Part shown: in pieces, positions 36,606-47,000 of the stretch
How positions within the stretch are numbered: the first letter of the stretch is position 1
Layout: each line of letters opens with the position of its first letter
Source of the DNA: a virus
Lineage: Duplodnaviria > Caudoviricetes
DNA length: 64,000 nt
Strand: one strand, 5' to 3'
IMG/VR virus record: IMGVR_UViG_3300005546_000011
Coordinates: 6,988-70,987 of that record
The notes under the pieces: generated by a model
The model's database searches: none
The model's input: only the letters and a program-made list of their open reading frames with translations
Told to the model about the DNA's origin: nothing
Program-made: the position numbers and the translations under genes

Positions 36606-38060
36606 ATGGGATACGGTCTGGCAAGCTTGGCTTCGCGGCTCATCCCGCGGCGTCCGCAAGAGGAAGATCAAAGCGCGGGCCTAACCCTTACGCCAAGGCC
36701 CATCCCGGTAGACGCTGAGGAGGCGCCCACCGCGAGCCGACTCATCCCGCGATCGGGTCTGGCGAAAGGTGTCGAGGAGCAGTTCCGGCTCGTGCCCCGA
36801 AGCGAGCTTGCGGCCGCGCCAGCTCCTGAGCCCCTACCCCTTGCCCCTCGCGCGCCGCGCGACATGGAGGAGTATCTCAGCAGTCCGACGTCGCGCTACA
36901 GCCAGCCGGTGCCGCCAACGGTTTCTTCGATTGACCCGTCCGGTCACGGAAGTGAAGCGGCCCCCTCGTTCGAGCCGCGTTACACGGACCCAGGTCGCGC
37001 GCCGACGCCTCCCCTGCGCGCCTACTCCCAATCCTACGGGCGATATCAGGACGAAAGCGCCCGGCTTCCAAGCGAGCGCGACTACATCGAAGCAAACCGT
37101 CCCCACGGATTCAAACAGAGGCTGATGCAGGACCTGAAGCTCGGCGGAAAGTTCCTTGTACAAAGCGGCCTGAACCCGGTCGTGGCAGCGGAGGGCCTTG
37201 CGATCGGCGCGCTGGACCGGGACGCCTACAACAGATATTCGTACCGCACGGACGTTGAGCCCCGCTCAATCCAGCGGCAACAGAGGTATCTGGGCGACGC
37301 CAGCCGCGAACTCGGGATGACGAATATTGTTGACGACAACCGGCGGGCCGACGAGCAGATGAGATTGAACGCGGACTGGCACCAGACGCAGGTTCAGGGT
37401 CACAACCAGGAATGGCAGGAACGGCTTCAGGAGAAGACGCTGAACGACTGGATGGCGAGAAATCCCGGCGTGCCGATACCCCGGCAGATTGCCGAGCAGG
37501 TCGGTCATTCGTATCTGGCCGGCTACACTCCGCCAGCGAAGAGATCGGGCGCGGGTGGCCGGACGCCTCACGTCCTTTTCAACGCGAAGACGGGAGAGGT
37601 CGGCGTTGTGACCTACGATGAGAACGACACTCCGACGCTTACGAAGCCGCAGGGTGGGCAGATGCAGCCGACGCCGGACACCGGCGCGGACACGACGGTC
37701 ACCACTCAAGACGAGTATGGTTACCCGGGCGGTGAAACCCCGGAGCAGTACGCCGAACGCACCCAGACGTACCTAACCCATATCGACAGTCTCGTCGCGC
37801 GCGGTGAGATGCTTCCGAAGGATGGCGAGGACCTCAAGAATCAGTGGAGGCGAGAGAACGCGCCGCGCAAAACCGGAGAGCGGAGGCTGACCAGCAAGAC
37901 TGGCGGCAGGCTGACACCGCGCTCGCAGGTGCAGAGCGGCGCGAGCGGCAAGACAAAGCTCAGCGCCGACCAGGTGAGGCAGTACGCTGACGCAAACGGA
38001 TGGACGCCCGAGCGGGCCGCTTCCTATCTTCGCTCGACAGGTAAGTACATCGTTCCCTAA
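36606..38060 (+). CDS. Ejection-protein-like (DNA transfer) protein
   Basis: P/R/Q-rich low-complexity 484 aa immediately before the giant SLT gene; TAATG coupling. Confidence 0.5.
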   Translation: MGYGLASLASRLIPRRPQEEDQSAGLTLTPRPIPVDAEEAPTASRLIPRSGLAKGVEEQFRLVPRSELAAAPAPEPLPLAPRAPRDMEEYLSSPTSRYSQPVPPTVSSIDPSGHGSEAAPSFEPRYTDPGRAPTPPLRAYSQSYGRYQDESARLPSERDYIEANRPHGFKQRLMQDLKLGGKFLVQSGLNPVVAAEGLAIGALDRDAYNRYSYRTDVEPRSIQRQQRYLGDASRELGMTNIVDDNRRADEQMRLNADWHQTQVQGHNQEWQERLQEKTLNDWMARNPGVPIPRQIAEQVGHSYLAGYTPPAKRSGAGGRTPHVLFNAKTGEVGVVTYDENDTPTLTKPQGGQMQPTPDTGADTTVTTQDEYGYPGGETPEQYAERTQTYLTHIDSLVARGEMLPKDGEDLKNQWRRENAPRKTGERRLTSKTGGRLTPRSQVQSGASGKTKLSADQVRQYADANGWTPERAASYLRSTGKYIVP

Positions 38061-41000
38061 TGGGCACCCCGCAAGAACAACTGCGTCCTCGGGTCGCGCC
38101 TGAGGACTTCTTCAAGAGCACCTCGCCCGACTATCCCTCGATGGCGCGGGAAGCAGCCACGCGCTACGGCGTGGACCCTAACATCTTCGAACGCCAGATG
38201 GCGCACGAGTCGATCAACTACGACCCGGACGTCGTGAGCGGACGTCGCAAGAGTCCCAAGGGCGCGGCCGGCATCGCGCAGTTCATGCCCGACACGGCCG
38301 CGCGCTACGGGCTGCGCGGAGAGGATCTCGCTGATCCGCCGAGAGCGCTCGACGCGGCAGCGCGGCATATGCGCGATCTGCTCGACGAAACCGGCAATGA
38401 TTATGAAGCGGCGCTTGCAGGTTATAACGCTGGGCTCGGCCGTGTTCGAGATGGGAGCTGGTCGCGGATACCTGAGACGCGCAACTACACGAGTAAGATT
38501 CTGGGAGCCGCGCGGCAAGGGCTGAAACCAAAGATCGACCCGGATTCGTTCTTTGCGAACGCGGGGACTCCCGCGCAGGTGACGGCGCCGCCCGCTTCGG
38601 CTCCGGCACAACCGTCGCGGCGCAGCAGATATTCGACGTGGGCACCCCCCGCCCAAGCCCCCGTTGCCGCCACGGCTGCTCCGACGCCCACCGCCCAGCC
38701 TTCCGCGCGAAGCAAGTACTCGACCTGGGCTCCACCTCCGCCGCAGTTCTCAGAGCTGCTCGCACCCAAGGATCGGACCTCGCTTCCGCCTGTCACGCTG
38801 ACCCCGCAGTCTGAAACCAATCGCGCGTATGCAAACGAACAGGCGCGCCGGTCGAAGATGTTGCTACCCAGGCGGTTGTACGAGCAAGCGGCCGACGTGG
38901 TGATGGGCACGCGCGACGACGGCAGCCGGATGGGTGTCGTCGAAGGGTTGAAACGCGGGGTCGAGCCGATCGCAGGAGCAGTCAGCGGAGTGATTGGCGA
39001 CATCGGGGCGCTGGGCGCGATACCGATCGAGGGTTTTGGAAAGTTTATAGCTGAGCAAAGGGCCAAGCGCGGGCTCCCGCCAGACTCGTCGGAGGATCTG
39101 GCTCACGCTGGAGACCTTTCTCGTGAGATGCAACACGCGAGCGACGTCGAGCGCGAGCGCAACCCCGGCATCGTTCCCGGACTCGTGCGAGGGGCCACGG
39201 ACATAGCGCTGACGGTTCCGGCGATCACGGCGGCAAAGGTTCCGGCTCTTGCGATGGGGGCTCTCAGTTCAGGCCGGGCACTCGCGCGCGGAGCCTCACC
39301 GACCGAAGCTTTAGGCGAGGGCCTGATTGCCGCCGGTCCACTCTTCGTCCTTCAGGGCTCTCCGCTGGGCGGCTTCGCGCGGCAGGCTGTAACGCGCGCG
39401 CTTGCTCCGGACGCGGCGGAAGGGTTGGCGTCGGAGGCTTCAGTCGCCACGCGGCTCACTCGACTGCAGAAGCTTCAGGCGCTGGCAAGCGATGCCTCCA
39501 CGACGGACGGCGAGCGTGCGGTTGCTTCGGCTCGTGCTCGCGTTGTCGCCGACAGCCTCAAGGAAAGCTCGCAGGTAGAGATCGACCGTGCTGTCGAGGC
39601 GCTGGGGCAACACCTTCGCGCGAACGTCGCGGGACTGACCGCGCAGGGGGCCGTCAACGCGGCGCAGTTCATCGGCACGTCGGCGGCGCTCGAGTTGGGA
39701 ATCAAGGGCCGGAAGATGACCGCACCCGAGATCTTCCAGCAGGGCTTGTTGCTGCTCGCCCTTGAAGGTGCGCCAGCGATCGGAGCGGCAGGCGAAGTTA
39801 AAGGGAAGCTCTCGGAGTTTCGACAGGCAGAGGCGGGACGGCGCGCGCTTGAATACGATCGTGCCGGCGAGAGCACGGCGCCGCCAGTTGGCCCAGCTCG
39901 TCAGTTGACGGAAGCTGGAGCGGGTGGCCCAATTTCGGCACCCGAGACTCCGGTTGGGCCATTGGCCCCGCAACCCGTTGAATCTGCGAGCGCGCGAGGT
40001 GGCCCAGATTTAGCTTCGGAATCTCGAATCGGGCCATCGTCAATCGTCCACACGCCGCTGATGGAAAGCGTCGATCCCAACCTGGTTAGAGCGGAGGTGC
40101 AGAATGAACTTGCTGGTAGGAGCCGTGTTGTTCCTGGCGCTGTGGAGCCTCCCGCTCGTCCCGCTGATGCTGTGGCACCGCCAAGCGCGGAGCGGCCAGT
40201 GGCCGGCACCCCGCAAATTGCGGGGAGGGCTGCGCCTTTGGGGTCACCTGAGCCACTTCCTGCGCAGCTTGAGGCGTTGCGCGCGGGTGACAGACGCGCG
40301 GTTGTGGTGCCTGCGGGCGAGGAGTTGCCGGAAACTCAGGGCTCGCTAACCGCGCCGGGGTCGGGGCTGGCGGTTACGAAGCTGCCTGACGGCTCTCGTG
40401 TTATCCACTATTCGGGCTCGACGACCGCGAACGATCCGCGCGTCGTCTCAAAACGGGAAGTGAAAGCGCTGGCCGCGGCTGGACGGCTGCACGAGTTGGA
40501 GGGACCGGCCGCAACAGTTTCGCAACAACAAGCCGAGCAGCCCGCTCAGCCCGTAGCGGAAGCAGCGGAGAAAGGGAAGGGGGCGTTACCGCGCGCGGCC
40601 CTCGACGACTTAGAGAGTGTCGGGTTTTACAGGAATCAGGGTTATACTGAGATTGCTGATGACACGCTCGCACGTCTAAGAGCGCAGTATGGGAACCGTC
40701 CTGAGTTTGATCGGGCCTTTCCCGCCAAGCCCCCCGAATCTCCCAAAGTAGAAGCAGCCAAGCCCACAGCGGCCGAACCCGAGCGCAAGTTCTCAAGCAC
40801 GCAGGTCAATCTCCCCGCGCCCGTCGCCAAGCGAGTGACCGGCCTCGCAGCGAAGATCCCAGACAGCGCCCTCGCCGCTGACGGCCGAGAAACCGAGCCT
40901 CACATCACGGTCAATTACGGCCTGCACACGGGCGACGCCGAGAAGGTTCGAAAGGTGCTCGCCGGCGAGGGGCCCATAACCGTGACGCTCGGCAGGACCT

Positions 41001-44000
41001 CGATCTTCCCGGCGAAGGAAGCGGCCGCCCAGCGCGGCGGTGATCAGTACGACGTCGTGAAGATCGACGTGGACTCGCCTGACCTTCACCGGCTCAACAA
41101 GAAGATCGCGGACGCGCTGCCGCACACCGACACGCATCCGGAGTACAAGCCCCACGTCACGCTCGCTTACGTGAAGCCGGGCGAGGGTGAGAAGTACGCC
41201 GGGGACGCGTCGCTTGAGGGCCAGACAGTAAGCCTCAATAGCGTTGCCTTCAGCGGCAAGGATGGCAGCGTTGTTGAGATTCCACTAGGAGGTAAAGCCA
41301 ATGCCAGCACGGAGCAGATTCACCCGGAAACAGGACCGGGCGGCGTCGCATATAGCGGAGGGCTACGAGGCGAAGGGGATGCCGAAGGACGAGGCCGAGC
41401 GGATCGGCTACGCCACGATGCAGAAACAAAAGCAGCGGTTGAGCCCGCGTCCGCCGGGCAGAATGCCGCCGCGAAAGCCGCGCCCGCGAATGTAGGGTCA
41501 CGGGATCTGGCACGCGGTACGCGCACCTTGATTGACTCTATTAAGGCGCGGCTAGCTTCGGGCGAGGGCGTCAAGGATAACCCGACGCTTACGAAACTCG
41601 CCGACGAGGCTTTCGGGGGCACGCGCGCGAAAGGGACCTACGGGCCGAAGGACTCAGCCGACGCGCTGGAGGTGGCCGTCAATCAGCACCTGGCCGGAAG
41701 CGCGGACCGCTTGATGGCGGGTAAGCCCAAGCAGAGTCTTCACGAGATCCGGAAGGTGATGAAGCTTCTTCCTCGGCAAGTCGACCGTACCACCGAGCAG
41801 ATCGAGCTTCAGCAATTCTCGACCCCGCCGACTGAGGCTTTTGTCGCCGCCAAGGCGCTTGCGCCCACGTCGGACGACCTTGTTGTCGAGCCCTCGGCGG
41901 GCACTGGTTCACTTGCCATGTGGCCGCGCGCAGTTGGCGCTCAGGTTCGTACAAACGAGATCGATCCGCGAAGGCGCGCGCTGCTTGAAGCGCAGGGCTA
42001 TTCAACGACTCACGTTGATGCGCAGTTTCTGGATGACCTGCTCCCGGCCGAGATCCAGCCCACCGCTATCCTGATGAATCCTCCGTTTTCGTCGACTGGG
42101 GGACGTGTAACGAAACACGATTCGAAGTACGGTGCCGAACACGTCGAGGACGCGCTGAAGCGGCTCGCTCCAAACGGGAGGCTTGTTGCTATTGTCTCGG
42201 AAGGCATGGCGATGGATCGCGAAAAGATGGGTGGGTGGTGGAGGCGCATTCTGGCGGACTACAACGTCCGAGCGAACATCTCCGTACCCGGCGAGGAGTA
42301 CGGGAAGTACGGGACGACCTATGGCAACCAGATCATTGTCATCGACAAGACCGGGCCGACTCCGGGTGAAAACCTGAGCGCGCGGCTCTCGAATGTGATA
42401 CAATCGGCCCCGAAGGATTTGGAAGGTGTACTCGATGCACTCAAACCCGTCATCGCCGACCGCCCCGCAATCAAGCCCGTCGCCGCACGTCCCGCCACGG
42501 TGGAAAGAGATTCGCGACATGGTGACCGACGCCCTGGACAACCAAAAGCTTCGACCAAAACTGACCGAGGAGATGTCGTACGCGGCACTGGGGAACGACC
42601 CGGACCAACTCCTGACGAAGCTCGACCAACTGGACCCGCAGAAGGGGCTCCGCCTGTTCCGCGAGGCGAATCCGGACCTGGACCTGTCGAAGCTGCGCAA
42701 TCTGAAGCCGAGCGAGCTATTCGCCCGGGTAACGCTGATGTTCGCGCCGTAGCGCCTCCACGTGAAGAAGGCGAAACCTTTGTCGCCTACCGTCCCGCCA
42801 AGTTCAAGGGCGGCCTCCCACATCCCGGCAACATAGTCGAGTCGGCTTCGATGGCGGCCGTTGATCCGCCTGAGATTACCTACAAGCCAAAGCTCGACCC
42901 TGACGTTCTGACCGAAGGCAGACTCTCCGATTTGCAGTATGAGGCGGTGGCCTATGCCGGGCAGCGCCACGAACAGAGGCTCCCGAATGGCAACCGGGCA
43001 GGTTTCTTTGTGGGCGACGGTACGGGCGTTGGCAAGGGTCGAATTCTGGCAGGCGTTGCGCTCGACAACTGGAATCAGGGGCGGCGTCGCATTCTGTGGC
43101 TTTCGGTGAACAACGACCTGGTCCCCTCGACGGATCGCGACCTGAAGGCGTTGGGCGGCGCGGTCCCATTGGCCGAGATTAGCGCCTTTTCGGCGTCGGG
43201 CGACATCGAGTTCAAAGACGGCCTGCTGTTTTCTTCGTACTCGACGCTTATCAGCCGGTCGAAAGGTGGCCGCGAAAGGCTCGACCAGATACGCGACTGG
43301 CTGGGTACGGACGGCGTGATTATGTTTGACGAGGCGCACCTGGCCAAGAACGCGACCGCGAGCGGTCAGAAAGAATCCAGCCAGCGAGGGCAGAAGGTCG
43401 TGGCGCTTCAGGAGGGAGACAAGACGAACGCCGACTATCGGATCGTTTACGCTTCGGCGACCGGGGCAACCGACCCTGAGAACATGGGCTACATGGTGCG
43501 GCTGGGGTTGTGGGGACCGGGCACGAGTTTCCCGGGTGGTTTTCAGGAGTTTCAGAATGCGATCGACACGGGCGGCGTTGGCGCAATGGAAATGGTCTCG
43601 CGCGACTTGAAGGCGATGGGGATGTACACCGCGCGGACGCTGTCTTACAAGGGCGTCGACTATCGCGAGGTTGAACATAAGCTGACGCCTTCGCAGCGCG
43701 AGCTCTACGACACCGCTGCGCGCGGCTGGCAGGTCGTGCTTCAGAACTTCGATAAGGCGATTCAGGTCACGAACGCCGACAGCCGCGCACGCACGCAGGC
43801 AATGAAGCGATTCTGGAATGACGAGCAGCGGTTCTTTCGTCAGTTCCTGACGGCGCTCAAGGTTCCTGCGGCGATCGAGCAGATTGAGGCCGCGCTGAAA
43901 GATGGCCAATCCGTGGTGCTTGGTCTGTACGGCACGGGTGAGGCTCGGACAAAGGACCAGGTAACGAACGCTATGGCGGCGGGGCGTGATTTGGACGATT

Positions 44001-47000
44001 TGGACTTCTCTCCAAAGCAGATCCTCACGCACCTGGTGGACAACGCCCTTCCGACCGCGCGCTACACGGAGGCGACCGATCCTCAGACAAAGAAGATCAT
44101 CAAGGTTCCGGTGTTGGATGCCGATGGCAACCCCGTCGAGAGCGCACAGGCAAAGCGAATGAAGGCTGAATTGCTTGACCAGCTCGAAAGCCTGTCGCTT
44201 CCAGATAACCCGCTCGATCAAATCGTCAACTATTTCGGTGTCGACAAGGTTGCCGAGATCACCGGGCGCAAGAAGCGGCTTGTTCGCGGAGCGGACGGAA
44301 AGACCCGCTATGTCAAACGCGTCGAGGGCGTCTCGATGGAGAAGGCTTCGCAGCACGAGATGCAGGCATTTCAGGACGGGCGGAAACGAATCGCGATCAT
44401 ATCCGCGTCGGCGTCAACAGGGATCAGCCTGCACGCCGACAATACGGGTAAGAACACTCAGCGCCGCGCGCACATTACTCTTGAGACCGGCTGGTCGGCC
44501 GATGTTCAAATGCAGACGTTTGGCCGCACGCATCGCACCAACCAAGCGAGCGCTCCGGAGTATGTGTTGCTGTCCACTGACGTTGGGGGCGAGCGCCGGT
44601 TTCTGTCGACGATTGCCAAGCGGCTTGCGTCGCTCGGCGCGCTGACGAAGGGCGAGCGCAAAGCTACGGGTGTGGGCGGAAGCGAAAAAGAGGGTCTTGA
44701 GAAGTACGATTTCCTGAACCAGTACGGGACGGCCGCCGTGCGCCGGATGATCCAGCAGCCGCGTAAGACCGTGGGTGACGAGACGGCGATGAAGCTCTTC
44801 GAGAAGATCGGCTTGGTCAAGGAGGATCGGAGCGGTACGAAGCAAATAGTAGAGCCGACTGTCGAGCGATTGCTGAACCGGGTGCTGGCACTTGAGCTTG
44901 ACCAGCAGAACGCGATGTTCGCGTGGTTTGGAGACGAGTTTGCGCGTGCCGTTCAAAACGCCAAGGACTCAGGCACCTTCGATGAAGGCGTGAGCGACGT
45001 AAAAGGCGAATCGATTCGCTTGATGAGCGACCCTGCGGTTGTCGGCACGGACAAGACCACCGGCGCCGAGACTCTGCACTATCAGCTTGAGGTAGACGAG
45101 AAAACGCACCCGGTCACATTTGCTGACGCGCAGCGGATCGCGAAGGAGCACGAGGGCGGAGCGTTCTATCGACAGGTCCGTTCCGGCAATTTGATCGTCG
45201 CGAGCAAGGCCGGGACTCGCACGGATGAAGCAAGCGGGCGAGTCACGCAGCGATGGCACGTAACGCGGCCGAGCGGGGCTATGCAGTCAATCATCGACCA
45301 GGACGAACTTATTTCGAAGTACCAACCCGTGCATGCCAATGACGCGAAGGTTGAGTGGGCGGAAGCCTACAAGACCGATCCCGGGATTAGGACGAGGTCG
45401 GTTCATATTGTCGGCGGAGCAATCCTTCCAGTTTGGGAACGGTTGCAATCGCGTGACAGCCACGGTCTGAAAGTAGTGCGGCTGATTACCGACGAGGGCC
45501 AGCGGATCGTCGGAGTGCAGATTCCGAGCAAGGCAGTTGGCGCCGTGCTTAAGGCGATCGGGGTAGAGCGCAGCTTCAAGGGGCCGGACGCAATCTTCGC
45601 AGGCGTGCTCGAAGACAACGAGACGGTGGAGCTTGTTGGCGGCATGCGGCTGGAACAGACCTACTTCCGGGGCGACACGGCGATCGAGTTGAAGGGCGCG
45701 GATGCCTACAAGGAAGCCGAGCTGAAGCAGATGGGGTTGATTCACGAGATCGTCAGCTATCGAGATCGGTTCTTTGTGCCGACCGACGAGACGAAGGGCG
45801 TCGAGGTGTTGCGCAAGCTGTTCGATCGCTACCCTGCGATGTCGGCGACTGGCGACGACGAGGCCGCTACAGGCTCGGCCCGGGGATCGGCTCGTGAGAA
45901 GCTTCGCGGAACAAAGGCGGAGGAGCGCAAGGCGGGTGAGGCTGGATTTGTCACCATCACCGAAGGGCGCGGCGGACAGCCTCCCGCTCGGGCCGGATAC
46001 GGCGGTTTCGAAGACCCCGAAATGGAGGCGCGCTGGAAAGCGGCGAAAGGAATACGTCCGGAGTACGCGTGGCAAAAGGCAAAGGAAGCGATGGCCCACT
46101 TGAAGCGGCTCGCTACGCGCGACCTCGAGCACCTGCCGCGAACTAGTCAGCACGCGGAACTGAACTTCGCCCTGCATCGGCTCGCCCAGGGCAAGGGCAT
46201 TGCCTCTGACGAGTCGGTTCGGATACTCCAAGGGTTGACGGCCGGGCTTAATAAAGAGAAGTACGATCTTTTCACCCGGCGAATCATCCTGTACGACTTG
46301 ATGGAAGAAGTCGAGCGGCAGGCAGCCGGGCGGGGCGAAGAGGCGGACATTAGACTTCCGTTCGGGTTCACTCCTGAAACCGTGATGAGTGAGTTTCGGC
46401 GGCTGAGCGCGGCGCTTAAGGATCATCCGGATGTCGAGCGTGCCGTCGAGCAGCGGCGCGCAGTCACAAAGGAAGTGACCAGCGAGTATTTGAAGGCTGC
46501 AAAGCAAGCGATCGGATTCGAGCCAAAGCTGACACGCGATTATTACTATAGGCATCAGGTACTGGCGCACGCGGAGGCGGCTCGCGTGAAGGGGACGGGC
46601 CCGAAGATTAAGGCACCTACGGGCCGGGGCTTCCTCAAGCAGCGCCACGGGTCGGAACTCGACATCAACACCGACTATCTGCAAGCGGAGCATTCGGTGC
46701 TCGCGCAAATGCTTTTCGATACACAGGTATTCAAGCTGATTCATCTGGTCGATGAAAACTACAACACCAGCGAAGCGCTGAAACGCGAAGCCAAGCGCGC
46801 AAACGACGAGGCCATCCAGACCATCATCGACGCTGAAGGCAGTCTGAACAAGCCGGTGCGCAAGGTGAAGCGTCAGAGTCTGTCGCAGTTTGTGAGGGAG
46901 CGCGGCGGCATACGCGAAGACTCCGACCTCGCCGGCGAGCGGCGCAGGTTGAGCCGAAAGGAAACGGGCACAACCGGGCTGACCTCGGCGGGTCGCGATC

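Noticed and set aside
42002-44356. 784-aa minus-strand ORF (and similar ones at 45287-46744 and 47162-48601)
   Set aside because: Antisense shadows of the strongly conserved MTase/helicase frame in high-GC DNA; no SD or recognisable motifs
45774-46103. Fourth nested +1 ORF in the giant gene
   Set aside because: R/S/A-rich off-frame composition and no convincing SD
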